Below the pieces are notes generated by a model, which saw only the letters and a program-made list of their open reading frames with translations, was not told where the DNA came from and did no database searches. Source: Eledone cirrhosa (Eukaryota). From it: a stretch of DNA of 64,000 bases. The translations under genes were made by a program, and so were the position numbers. The DNA is taken from the NCBI GenBank assembly GCA_964016885.1, contig OZ024752.1, positions 7,502,001-7,566,000 of the forward strand. The letters are read 5' to 3'. Shown here piece by piece: positions 25,220 to 37,746 of the stretch; position 1 is the first letter of the stretch; the number at the start of each line of letters is the position of its first letter.

Positions 25220-25333
25220 CTGTAGACCTTTCCTATGGAGCTGTCTACTGCACCCCTTGTGGGGACTATGTCTATGATAAAGAATTAGAAGATTTGGCCA
25301 AAGATCAGATCAGGAGATCAGCATGTTCACTAG
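25220..25333 (+). CDS. USP22: USP22 coding exon 3 (ZnF-UBP end)
   Basis: ttttcag acceptor, G|gtaaac donor; AVDLSYGAVYCTPCGDYVYDKELEDLAKDQIRRSACSL; 114 nt. Not in the ORF track. Confidence 0.95.
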
Positions 25334-25663
25334 GTAAACATTTCCACTCTATATTGTCCAGCTTACCTGTTTGTCTTATTGTTTTGGGTACAGCTACCAC
25401 CTACATAATTTAGTTGGCCCCCTATGAACGCAGATCTCATAACAGATTTTTGGGGTAATTTAAACCAGCCATATCCGGCCAGAATTCTCTCACCACTTTC
25501 TGTTAAAACCAGCCGTGACTGGCCACTCATACTAATGTTGAGGTATTGTTCTCGAAATAAATAACATCAAAATCTCATATATTTGATATTATGTGAGATA
25601 ATGGTTTACCACAAAAATACAATGGTAAATATAAAGTAATGTGAATGTTAAAGGGTTAATACA

Positions 25664-25848
25664 ATAATTGTTTCTACTTTTGGCACAAGGCCATCAATTA
25701 CCCATTACATTACTGGTACTTTATTGTATCGACCCCGTAAGGATGAAAAGCAAAGTTAACCTCGGCGGGATTTGAACTCAGACCGTAAAGGGACGTAACT
25801 ATGCTGGAAAGCATGGCGTCCGACCCTCTACCAATACTGCCAATCCAC
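25664..25848 (-). mobile_element. SINE family B copy
   Basis: Reverse complement match to 1452-1633; a more decayed copy follows to about 26020. Confidence 0.85.
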
Positions 25849-26174
25849 CATACAATAATGAGCCCAGTGTATCGTGGCATCCAGCCCGACCCTCTAACAA
25901 TTCTGCAAATCCTCCAGCCCCATTTCACACGATATCCATCAACCCTGAAAGGATAAAAGGCAAAATTAACTGTGACTGAATTTGAATTCAGAATACAGAA
26001 AACCAGGATGAATAGCATATTTAATCTGATGTTTTAATGACTGCCAACACCTTGTGTGTGTATTCCTGAAGTGGACATAGACACAATTGATACTAATGTT
26101 CACTGTTACAAAACCCCAATTTAAAATATATGCTACATTATAAATGTTGTATATACCATCATATTGTATGTATG

Positions 26175-26511
26175 CATCATCATCATCATCATTTTACGTC
26201 CGCTTCTCCCTGCTTGCAAGGGTGGGACGGGAACTGATTCTGGCTTGATTTCTACAGCTGGATGCTCTTCCTAACACCAACCTCATTTACAGTGAGTGCT
26301 GGGTGCTTTTTTGCTGTGGCACCCCACGACCACTTTACAGTGGAATGATAGGGATCCCAGTCCCTATCATCTCATTTCTACAGCTGAGTAAACTGGAGCA
26401 ATGTGAAATAAAGTGTCTTGCTCAAAGAAACAACACATCACTCGGTCTGAGAATTGAACTCAACCTTTCGATTGCAAGGCCAATGCTGTAACCACTAAGC
26501 CATGTGCCTCC
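26175..26511 (-). mobile_element. CORE-like SINE, full-length copy
   Basis: Reverse complement of 31211-31556. Confidence 0.9.
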
Positions 26512-26527
26512 ATATATATATTTTTAA

Positions 26528-26732
26528 CCCTTTAGCATCTAAACCAGCCATATCTGGCCAGAATTCTCTGTCCTCTTTCTGTTCAAACCTGCTATAACTG
26601 GCTGTTCATAGTTATGTTAAGGTATTTTTCTCAAAATAAATAATATCAAAATCTCATAGATTAGATATGTGAGGTAAAGCCTTTACTGTGAAAATACAAT
26701 AGTATATATAGAGTAATGTAAATGGTAAAGGG
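26528..26732 (+). mobile_element. piggyBac-type MITE
   Basis: TTAA|CCCTTTAGCAT...AATGGTAAAGGG|TTAA: short terminal inverted repeats with TTAA on both sides. Confidence 0.85.
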
Positions 26733-27003
26733 TTAAACAATCGACAAGATCTCAGACCTTACCAAGTAGGGTGGAACTTGTCAAATCAGACCAAGGAGAC
26801 ATGTTTCCATTGATCTTTTCATTGCTGATACTATCTAGTGATTGCAACTCCTGGCAGAAAGAGCAATGTGAAATAAAGTATCTTGCTCAAGGAACACATT
26901 GCCTGGTCTGAGAATTGAATTCGCAACCTCACAATTGTGATTCCACAAACCATATATAAGTGAGACATATACATAAGTATATATGGTAAATACCTTATTT
27001 CAG

Positions 27004-27105
27004 GAATCAAAGAACAATTTTCTCCATGGGAACCTGACCAATGTGAAGTGGATTTGCTTTCCAAAAATAGGAAAAGGCTAAAAGTAGAAGACAACTCTAC
27101 TATTG
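27004..27105 (+). CDS. USP22: USP22 coding exon 4 (linker with basic NLS-like RKRLK)
   Basis: tttcag acceptor, G|gtaagt donor; GIKEQFSPWEPDQCEVDLLSKNRKRLKVEDNSTI; 102 nt. Confidence 0.95.
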
Positions 27106-27832
27106 GTAAGTTGAAGAGTTAACTTCCCTTCCTTTCATCTTTTCTCTTTTGTTTGTCCTCTAACCCTTTAATTCTAACCTAATGTCCTCTAACCCTTTAA
27201 TTCTAACCTAATGTCCTCTAACCCTTTAATTCTAACCTAATGAACCTCTAGGCTCAAGAAAGACTTTAATTTGGTTTAACTATATAGGAGTTATGTCTTT
27301 TACTGACTGGGGGCTAAAGTGCTGAACTTGAAGTTTAACCATATAGGGGTTATATCTTAATGTTTGCTGAATGTTTCATTAGACTAAAGTACTGAACTCA
27401 AAGTTTCTTAATGGACAATGGAAAACATTTTTCATGAATCTCCTCACATCAGTTGTTAGTTGTTGTGACACTGCATCCTTTAAAACCTCCATGCTTCCTG
27501 AGATTCGCCAATACTACACCTGATGTCCCCCTCCATAAACAAACATGCATGTATTTCATGACTCATACACTATTCATTTTCCTGACATTTGTACATTATT
27601 CTATGTACTATACATGCACCTTTGATGAGTTGTAGTGCACCTGAACACTGTACACAATAATTCCATTATTATTTTAAATCAATATCTGAAGATAAAGTCT
27701 TCACTGCTTTCTCCAAGACTTAATTGCTAGAAATGGCAGTTAATCTCTTCTGTTGTTAGTCTAATGTAATCCTATATTTCGTTTGCTCACTGCTTTTGTT
27801 CACCCATATCATATATCCCATTAATTATTTAA

Positions 27833-28100
27833 CCCTTTATCATTTAAACCGGCCGTATACGGCCAGAACTCTCTCACCTCTTTTTGTTCAAACGGACTGT
27901 AGCCAGTCACTCTTACTTATGTTAAGGTATTGTTCTCAAACTAAATAATATCAAAATATCATAGATTCGATATTCTGTCAGGTAAAGCCCCTACCCCAAA
28001 AATACAATAGTAAATCTAGAGTAATATAAATGTTATGTGAGGTAAAGCCTTTGCCACGAAACTATAATAGTAAATCTAGAGTAATATAAATGCTAAAGGG
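27833..28100 (+). mobile_element. piggyBac-type MITE with internal duplication
   Basis: TTAA|CCCTTTA...TAAAGGG|TTAA; subterminal unit present twice. Confidence 0.85.
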
Positions 28101-28373
28101 TTAATCAAATATCTCTTATTTTAAGCATCATTTTCACCATGTTTATCCAATGTTTCACCAATGCCAGGTGAGTATTGGCAACATGGCAACAACTAGAGTG
28201 ACTATCTGAAGACTTCAAGACATGATAATCTACAGATATGCTGCTACCTGTACATTAGTCTAGATTCCTTGAGGAGATTCTTCAACAACTTTTTAGGATA
28301 TGGAATATCTTTTGTTTGTTGATGATAATGATGTGTTTTAAGATAATATCTTCCTGTTGAATTTCTTTTGTAG

Positions 28374-28546
28374 GTCTACGAGGTCTCATTAATCTGGGAA
28401 ACACTTGTTTCATGAATTGTATTGTCCAAGCCCTGACCCACACACCAATTTTAAGGGACTTTTTCCTAGCTGACCAACACGTCTGTCAAATGGATAGTGA
28501 AGCCCAAAAATGTCTGGTGTGTGAAATGTCTCGTCTTTTCCAGGAG
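28374..28546 (+). CDS. USP22: USP22 coding exon 5 (catalytic Cys box)
   Basis: ttttgtag acceptor, GAG|gtaac donor; [38 protein letters not shown]...[12 protein letters not shown]; 173 nt. Confidence 0.98.
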
Positions 28547-28667
28547 GTAACACTTTATTTTATTCATCCATTAACCCAACTGCCACTGGTTTCTAATATT
28601 GATATAATAATTACTGTTATTCTACTATAAAGTTATAAAATAGGTAGTGTACTGTCTGGCAAGTTAA

Positions 28668-28885
28668 CCCTTTAGTATCTAAACCAGCCATATCCGGATA
28701 GAATTCTCTCACCTCTTTCTGTTCAAACCAGCCATAACCAGCCACTTATACTTATGTTAAGGTGTTGTTCTCAACATAAATAATATCATCAAAATCTCAT
28801 AGATTCCATATTATTTGGGATAACTATGTGAGGTAAAGCCTTTTCTGGAAAAATATAATAGTAGAGTAATGTAAATGCTAAAGGG
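28668..28885 (+). mobile_element. piggyBac-type MITE
   Basis: TTAA|CCCTTTAG...CTAAAGGG|TTGA; same internal sequence as 26528-26732. Confidence 0.83.
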
Positions 28886-29620
28886 TTGATTTATAATAAA
28901 CTTGGTTTAAATTTGTCACCGTCTCTAACTCGCCTTACTGGGATAACTTAGGTTTAAACTTGTCTCTAACTCTCCTTACTGGGATAACTTAGGTTTAAAC
29001 TTCTCACTGTCTCTAACACTCCTATTACAACTGGAATGTTAACTAAGGCAGCTGAGTTGGTGGAGCGTCAGACAAATACTTATCAGTATATATATGTTGC
29101 TGCTGAGTTCAAATCTTGCCATAGTCAACTTTGCATTTAATCCTTCTGGAGTCAAAATACCAGTTAACTACTGAGGTTGAATTTATCTTGACTTTTCCTT
29201 CCCTTCTAACTGCAGTCCTTGTGCTGGAATTAGAAACAATAATAATAATATTAATGAAAATTATTGTGTACAGTACTCAGGTGCACTACAATCCATCAAA
29301 GGTGCATGTATAGTATATAGAATAATGTAAAAATATCATCATCATCATCATGGCAATATATATTGACTGTATCATAGAGTTGGACAAAAGGCTTTGACAT
29401 TTATTTACAGCTCTTTACATTTTGAGTTCAAATCCCACCAAGGTCAGTTTTGCCTTTCATCCTTTTGGGGTCAATAAAATAAAGTACCAGTGATATACTG
29501 GGGTTGGTTTAATCCCCTCCCCTCCCGCTTCACAATTTCCTAGCTTTGTGTCCAAATTACTTTATTATTATCGTGATGTTAGAAAGTATTGCTATAAGAA
29601 ATGTCTTTTATATATTTCAG

Positions 29621-29768
29621 TTTTATTCTGGTAATCGTGCACCACACATCCCATACCGTCTGTTACATCTGGTGTGGACAAATGCTCGACATCTTGCTGG
29701 CTATGAACAGCAAGATGCCCATGAATTTCTCATAGCCGCATTAGACGTCTTACATCGACACTGTAAAG
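29621..29768 (+). CDS. USP22: USP22 coding exon 6 (QQDAHEF box)
   Basis: tttcag acceptor, G|gtatat donor; [49 protein letters not shown]; 148 nt. Confidence 0.98.
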
Positions 29769-29769
29769 G

Positions 29770-30800
29770 TATATACACCTTCTCAATATATGATATAATA
29801 TATACACCCTCTCACTATATTATATAATATATTCAGCTTCTCACTATGTTATATACACCCTCTCACTATATTATATAATATATACAGCCTCTCACTATAT
29901 TATATATACACCCTCTCACTATATTATATAATATATACACCCTCTCACTATATTATATTATATATACACCCTCTCACTATATTATATAATATATACAGCT
30001 TCTCACTATGTTATATACACCCTCTCACTATATTATATAATATATACAGCCTCTCACTATATTATATATACACCCTCTCACTATATTATATTATATATAC
30101 ACCCTCTCACTATATTATATTATATATACAGCCTCTCACTATGTTATATAATATATACACCTTCTCACTATATAATATATACACCCTCTCACTATATTAT
30201 ATAATATATACACCCTCTCACTATATATAATATATACACCCTCACTATATAATATATACAGCCTCTCACTATATTATATATACAGCCTCTCACTATATTA
30301 TATATACACCCTTTCACTATATTATATATACACCCTTTCACTATATTATATAATATATACACCTCACTATGTTATATAATATATACACCTCACTGTATTA
30401 TATATACAGCCTCTCACTATGTTATATATATACCCTCTCACTATGTTATATAATATACACAGCCTCTCACTATGTTATATATACACCCTTTCACTGTTAT
30501 ATTATATATACACCCTTTCACTATATTATATATACACCTCATTATATAATATATACACCTTCTCCCTATATTAGATAATTATATACACCCTCTGACTGTT
30601 ATATACACCCTCTCACTGTTATATACACCCTCTCACTGTTATATACATCCTCTCACTATATTATATTCACGCTCTCACTATATTATATACATCCTCTCAC
30701 TATATTATATACACCCTCACTATGTTATATAATTATATACAACCTCTCACTATATTATATACACCCTCTCACTGTATTTTATACACTCTCTCATAATATT
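29770..30800. repeat. Degenerate minisatellite starting at the exon 6 donor
   Basis: TATATACACCCTCTCACTATATTATATAA-type units of variable length. Confidence 0.93.
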
Positions 30801-30829
30801 GTCTCTAGGAATGTCCAGTAAATCTTGTT

Positions 30830-31075
30830 CTCCTTTCTCTAATGATATGTAGGTGGTAAATTACCAAAGAGAAGTCCATTCCTGGGATGTTGTCTCCAGA
30901 TGTCCAGAGCAGCTTGAAGCATTCTTCTACAAGTTCCATCAATTTTCTTTTCAAGACATTTTGTTAAGTCCATGTTCTACCTCTATATAACAGAACTGAC
31001 AGCACAAACACTTGAAAGAAATCACGTTTCAGCAGATTTATCCCTCGTTCAACATCTCTCAGATCCACATACGTG
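30830..31075 (-). mobile_element. Degenerate RTE fragment
   Basis: Reverse strand gives LKRDFFQVFVLSVLLY..TWT and IDGTCRRMLQAALDIWRQHP, typical of the RTE C-terminal region. Confidence 0.7.
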
Positions 31076-31210
31076 TGTGCTAGTCCTCCCATCTTTTTGT
31101 TCAGGACAATTTAGATTTAGTTATCACTAGCAGATTGGCCCGGCGTTGCTCGGGATTTTAAACATTGATTGGCATGTTTATCCCTCCTTTCTGAAATAGT
31201 ACAGAGAAGT

Positions 31211-31556
31211 GGAGGCACGTGGCTTAGTGGTTAGAGCATTGGCCTTGCAATCGAAATGTTGTGAGTTCAATTCTCAGACCAGGTGATGTGTTGTTTCCTT
31301 GAGCAAGACACTTTATTTCAAATTGCTCCAGTTTACTCAGCTGTAGAAATGAGATGATAGGGACTGGGGTCCCTATCATTCCACTGTAAAGTGGTCGTGC
31401 AGGTGCCACGGCAAAGAAGCACCCAGCACTCACTGTAAATGAGGTTGGTGTTGGGAAGGGCATCCAGCTGTAGAAATCAAGCCAAAATCAGTTCCCGTCC
31501 CACCCTTGCAAGCAGGGAAAAAGCGGACGTAAAATGAAATGATGATGATGATGATG
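31211..31556 (+). mobile_element. tRNA-derived CORE-like SINE with RTE-derived tail
   Basis: A box TGGCTTAGTGG, B box GTTCAATTC, core-like CCTTGAGCAAGACACTT, tail AAGGGCATCCAGC...(GAT)n shared with RTE family 1. Confidence 0.9.
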
Positions 31557-31770
31557 AAATATGGAATACTGGGGATGGTGTCTACACTTTGTACTTATAA
31601 AAAAAATTTGTCGTAGATTACCAGGGGTTTAACTTAATTGGGTGCCTGAGAGTAAAATGTTCAACCCACGAAAGCCAAGACGAAAGGGTTAAATAAAAAG
31701 GCATTCGACAAACCGAACCATATACTTTGAATTGAAGTTATGTAGGTCCAGTTGATAAGTTGTGTGTATA

Positions 31771-31856
31771 CAGGTAAAATTCCATTATAACGAATTTTTC
31801 ATTACAACAAATGTTTTTTTATACCCCATGAATTTTGTTATAACAGAATTTGACTG
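31771..31856. mobile_element. pogo/Tigger-like mini-MITE
   Basis: TA|CAGGTAAAATTCCATTATAACGAA ... TTTGTTATAACAGAATTTGACTG|TA. Confidence 0.65.
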
Positions 31857-31954
31857 TATTTACAGGGTATTTACCGGGTACATTGGAGGGATCACTTTAA
31901 CTGTCTCTAACCCTTATTGTGTTAATGTTAAGAAACCATTATTTTTATTAACAG

Positions 31955-32057
31955 GAACCAATGGTATCTCTTATAACAACCCTCATCACTGCAACTGTAT
32001 CATCGATCAAATATTTACGGGTGGTTTGCAGTCGGATGTTACATGCCAAGAGTGCAA
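31955..32057 (+). CDS. USP22: USP22 coding exon 7
   Basis: taacag acceptor, AA|gtaagt donor; [34 protein letters not shown]; 103 nt. Confidence 0.97.
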
Positions 32058-32809
32058 GTAAGTCCTCTAGATTGTCATTTATTTTAACTGTTGTACAGAT
32101 ACATGTTTTAACAAGGTAACAGGAGTAGAAATTACAACTCTACTCATCACCACTACCACCACCATCATCCCCATCACCACTACCACCACCATCATCCCCA
32201 TCACCACTACCACCACCATCATCCCCATCACCACTACCACCACCACCACCATCACGACCACCATTAGTTAGATTGCTTTCATTAATAGTTAATTAACAAT
32301 GAAATAATAATACATTTCATCTTGTAACCATCACTTGATATATTTTTATATTTTTTTAAATGTTCATTTTTATTTTAAATTACTGGTATGTATTATAAAA
32401 AAAATAGTTGTTAGTCTAGGTACACTGTATCCCTGCATGTAATAATAGGCAAGTAAAAGGGCTTCCAACTAAAGACCCCTACTTCAAAAGGTCCTGTACA
32501 AGCCATACCAACATGGAAAAACAAACAAAAACAATGAAGAAGAGGATAAATATGAAATGGTGGGTTGGACAAAATAGTTTTAGATTTTGAGTTGAAATCT
32601 CACTGAAGTTAACTTTGTCTTTCATCTTTCTATGGTTGATAAAATATATTAGCAGTCCTGGACTACTGATTGTCAAGGGTTGTTAGTGTGTTGGATAAAA
32701 TATATTGGCAATCCTGGACAGCTGATTGTCAAGGATTGTTAGTGTGGTTGGATAAAATATATTAGCAATCCTGGAGAAGCCAAAGCTGAAGCATATATAC
32801 AGTATGCTC

Positions 32810-33110
32810 CCACTGTAAAGTGGTCATGTAGGTGTCACGACAAAGAGTATCCAGTCCACACTGTAAAGTGGTCATGTAGGTGTCACAACAAAGAGTATCC
32901 AGTCCACACTGGAAAGTGGTCATGTAGGTGTCACAGCAAAAATCACCCAGTCCACACTGTAAAATGGTCATCTAGGTGTCATGACAAAAAGCACCCAGTA
33001 CACACTGTAAAGTGGTCATGTAGGTGTCACAACAAAGAGTATCCAGTCCACACTGTAAAGTGGTCATGTAGGTGTCATGACAAAAAGCACCCAGTACACA
33101 CTGTAAATGA
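32810..33110. repeat. 47-48 bp tandem repeat, about 6 copies, continuing into an RTE tail
   Basis: CACACTGTAAAGTGGTCATGTAGGTGTCACAACAAAGAGTATCCAGTC; runs into AGGAAGGGCATCCAGC at 33121. Confidence 0.9.
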
Positions 33111-33443
33111 GGTTGGTGTTAGGAAGGGCATCCAGCTGTAGAAACCAAGCTAAAATCAATTCTGTATGAGCAAGACATGATCACCTGACCTGGCAATGCC
33201 CACAACAGGATAACTCGTCTAACCCATGCTAGCGTGGAAAAATGGACTTAAAATGGTGATGATGATTATGTGGTATGTCACAACTGATCCAACCCATGAC
33301 AGCATGGAAAAACAGAGATGATGATGCAGAGGAAGAAAGTTTGACAGAAATGGTAGCGAGGGGGACTAAAAACATTGTATTCAGTCCTCTTTCTCTAAAG
33401 TTGTTTGTGATGAACAAAATATCAGTTGTCAGGAGTTGCAATC

Positions 33444-33725
33444 AGTAGATAGTATCAGCAATGGAAAGACCAATGGAAACATTGTTTCCTTGGTCCAATT
33501 TGATGTGACTAGTAGATAGTATCAGCAATGGAAACATTGTTTCCTTGGTCCAATTTGATGTGACTAGTAGATAGTATCAGCAATGGAAACATTGTTTCCT
33601 TGGTCCAATTTGATGTGACTAGTAGATAGTATCAGCAATGGAAACATTGTTTCCTTGGTCCAATTTGATGTGACTAGTAGATAGTATCAGCAATGGAAAC
33701 ATTGTTTCCTTGGTCCAATTTGATG
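33444..33725. repeat. 55-bp tandem repeat, about 5 copies
   Basis: AGTAGATAGTATCAGCAATGGAAACATTGTTTCCTTGGTCCAATTTGATGTGACT. Confidence 0.92.
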
Positions 33726-33873
33726 AGTTTCACCCCACTTGGTAAGTGGATGAGGTTTGGGATTTTGTTGATCATTTCTCCCTTTAATATAGCGGGCATT
33801 CAATTTATATTGATCCCTAAAAATGTTATCAAAATATGTAATTTTTATTTGTTTTTTCGTTTTTGTTTTTCAG

Positions 33874-34118
33874 TAATGTTTCCACCACAATCGACCCTAT
33901 CTGGGACATATCTTTAGATCTGGGTCCTGGACCACCTTGCAGCATCCCAACAACGGCCCCAAGCAGTAATAATAATAATAACAGTAATAACACCAACAAC
34001 AATACTAACACTACAACAAGCACCACTAACAGCACATCAGCTACTAATACCACCTCCAGTAGCAGTACAAACAACACTTCAAATAGCAACAATGGTTCAG
34101 CTAATTCTCCGAGTTCAA
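33874..34118 (+). CDS. USP22: USP22 coding exon 8 (with Asn/Ser/Thr low-complexity insertion)
   Basis: Polypyrimidine tract + cag acceptor, A|gtaagt donor; NVSTTIDPIWDISLDLGPG followed by an N/T/S-rich tract; 245 nt. Confidence 0.93.
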
Positions 34119-34260
34119 GTAAGTTTTGAGTGTTATTTCTGGCTTAATTACTCAAATGATGTTTAGCTGGGCTGGATTCAGTTGTTGTGTTGTCACTTCA
34201 ATTGGGCTGGCATGTACTGTTGTGTTGTGTTGATATATATACATATATATTTGTATATAT

Positions 34261-34498
34261 AGGTGCATGGCTGAGTGGTTAGAGGATTGGACTCGCAATC
34301 GTGAGGTTGTGAGTTCGATTCCCAGACCGGGCGATGTGAGACACTTTGTCTCGCGTTGCTCCTGCCTGGATTTGCGACCGACAGATAATTATAACAATTG
34401 GAAATACCAATGGAAACCTTGTTTCCTTGGTCCGATTGGGCGAGCTCCACCTCACTCGTTAAGTGAATGAGGTCTAGGATCTTGTCGGTCGACTGTCA
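34261..34498 (+). mobile_element. tRNA-derived SINE with a different body
   Basis: A box TGGCTGAGTGG, B box GTTCGATTC; body resembles 33430-33775 and the reverse of 26740-26860. Confidence 0.75.
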
Positions 34499-34651
34499 TA
34501 TATATATATATATATAGATGCAGTAGAAAACCAGTTAGACCATTACTCACCAGAGTACTCGATACGTGGAGTAGTAGAGTGTGATAATATGAAAAAGTTG
34601 GGACCAGGACAGCTAGATCCAAACTCAGCTGTTGAAACGGGGTCCTGACTC

Positions 34652-34694
<43 letters not shown>

Positions 34695-37600
34695 TATATA
34701 TATATAGTTGGTGTGTGTTCCTGCTCCTTATTATATAAATATATGATCAGGCTTCTGCCTGCTATTGGTACTATGTAACCCAGTACAGCCTGTCTGATAG
34801 TCTAGTGGTTGGCAACTAAACCAGCTTCCCCACTAGACCTTCGTCTGGTGAAGAAGGTAAGTGGAACCCCAGTAGAACAAACAAACAAGCTGTTAAAAAA
34901 GTAAATAAACTCCTCAGTCAATGACCTCAACTATGGGTTAAATAGCCTCACCACCCTGCAATTGGCCAAGCATGCTGAGTATGGCTACACTCCTGACATG
35001 ATCAATCAGAGAGCAGTGGAGGTCAACCAGGAGTGAGAAGGGTTTGGATTAGATTTGATTGGAGATATATATATATGTAAAAGGTAAACAGAAATAACAC
35101 AATCAGTACAGTATATGGAAGGAATATATATATGAAATAGCAAGAAGAGGGTCTTAACGTTTTGGACGCTAGTCCTTCATCAGAAGAAAGAATGAGAAAT
35201 AAGATAGATTGAAGGGACGGGTGGGTTGGAATTGGAAAAAAATGTCTTTAGATAAAAATAACAGGTCCATTCATGTTGACATCTCTTGGAAAACTGTTGA
35301 TGCTGGCGTTTTGTGTAGGATTTACTTTTATAGAAAAGTGGATGATGGAGCAGGTTTTTACTATTTTAGTCAGGAAGAGAAAGGCTATGTCCTTTTCAGG
35401 GTCACCAAGAATGGTGGGGATCGGGTGGACGGCATCCTTAAACTGAAGACGTGACCCTAATGCTACAACCAAATGGCAACCAACCATTGAAAAACTAAAC
35501 CAAAATGGAATCACATGAACAAGACGTGGTCACCAGACCTGTTCAGCTTTATAACATGACAACACATCTAATCCATGTAACCATGGAAAATAGATGTTAA
35601 ACAATGATGATGATGATTTGAAAGAAAAGGAAATTCACATTTCACACTAACAGCTGAGATTGGTAGAATCGGTAGAGCATTGGTCAAAAGCTCTGCATTA
35701 TTTACCTCCTGCTCTTTATATTCTCTGCCTTTAAATGTTGCCACATTCATTTTTACCTTTTTCTCCTTCCAAGGTCAATAAACTACCTGTCATATTCTGG
35801 GCTTCACTAACTTCTCCAGCAAAATTCCTGGCCTTCTGCTCTAATTTAGCTCTTATTCCACACTAATGCCTTCCAACTTCAATAAAGTACCTGTCACATA
35901 CTGGGCTCAAGGTTATTGATTAACTTCTGCAAAATTCCTGGCCTTCTGCTGTATTTTAGTTCTTATTCCACACTAATAGGATATGCTTTTCATTTTCAAG
36001 TTCCCTTTTGAAATTTTAAAACATTTCATTGTAAAGGTAGTGATGGAATAAATACAGAAGTTCATGTTTGAAAATTGGTAAGACTGGTTCAGATGTTAAT
36101 TAGTAATAATAATAATGATATAAAAAGTGCAACAACTGTAAATATGTTATTGTTGTCCCAGATCTGTCCTATTTGAAGGGTTAAAGAAGTTTGTCCCAGA
36201 TCTGTCTTATTTGAAGGTTTAAAGAAGTTAGTTTGTCCCAAGCTCATCAGGCCAGACCACATTCGGGTTTGCTAGGTGTTAGGAGATTAAGAGTACAAGA
36301 CTCTCACTGGATGGGATGCCAGTCCATCACAGGGTTAATCTCCAGTTGAGTTGACTTGGGACAGTGGGAAAGGAAATTCAATAATTTATATAATCACAAT
36401 TGTGAACAATTACATCATTACAGACACATTTCTAATGGGTTCTCAGTTTCTTTGTTTATATCCTTCAATAAAAGGTACACACCCTATGTCGTAATAGGTG
36501 ACAAGAAGGGGTTGGAGTCAGGAAGAGTATCTAGCTGTAGAAGTCTGCCTCTAAAAGTCCTGTCAAATATATTTCAGCAAGTTGATGTAAAAATTATATT
36601 TAAATAGTGACTGTCTCCCAGATTCCAGTAGCGAGGTATTAGTCAACTCATGACTATAGTAGAAGATAAATACTTAAAATACTGCACAGTAGAACCAAAT
36701 CCAGAAATATATGGTTGCCAAATAACTGACCCACAGAAAAAGGTTAGATATCCAATCCAAGGCCTTCTCACCCCTGTTGGAGGAACCCTTCCCTGGTTGA
36801 TCTCATGTCAGGGGTGTAGTCGTACTCACCACGTTTCGCCAATTGCACGTTGGTGAAACTATTTAATCCTTAGTTGGGGTTGACTTTGAGGAGTTTGTCT
36901 GCTCTTGTCTTTTTGTGCTGCTAGAGTTCCCCCATACCCTCCTCACCAGACCAGGGGGAGATGGTTTAAATAAATAATAATTTTTATAGAGTAATCAATG
37001 TTAACTTTGCTTCTTAGGAATACATACCAGTGGTTACCCTCCATGGGTCATGTGAAAACCTGAGAATTTATTGGTTGAGACGTGTTACTGATTATCTTTG
37101 GTAATTTGAAGTTCACAAGATGGTATTACATTATCTAAGGCCAGATATAATGTGACAATGTAAAATACTGTTGCTATCTGTTTCACATCAATTTATTATA
37201 CAATGGAAATATAGGTTGTATGTTGGAAGAGCTAACTCTACCATCCTTTCTCTCTACATCTTTCATAGTGAAGTATTTCTGATTATTTTCTGACAGAAAT
37301 AGTGAAACGATTGAAGCAAGCAGTGTTGGTCTGGTTATCTCCCTTGTTTTCTGAGTATCACAAGCTCTCCTGGTAGAATACTGTCACAATGTCCTACGTA
37401 CCACTCAAGTGTAGCTTGGCAATATAGACTGCACTCATGGACTGGTCTCACTCAAGGTAGCTTGGCAATATAGACTACACTCATGGACTAGTCTTATTCA
37501 AGTGTAGCTGAAGTAGGTAACAATGATAGAGTAAGCTGTGTGTGTATTAATGTCCTCTTGTAATATATACTATACTGTATTGTATTATACTATATACTAT

Positions 37601-37746
37601 ACTGTATTGTATTGTACTATACAATACTATATACTATACTATATACTGTACTGTACTATACAATACTATATACTATACTGTATCCTGTTATCTTCTGACA
37701 ATTTCTCTGATATTCTTACCTTTTACCGAGTTTATTATTATTACAG

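Noticed and set aside
31211-31290. tRNA gene
   Set aside because: A and B boxes are SINE heads that continue into SINE bodies; no intact cloverleaf or Pol III terminator seen.
37297-37372. Possible extra USP22 exon after tgacag
   Set aside because: Not needed for frame or motif continuity, no USP22 similarity, and the candidate donor gives the wrong phase.
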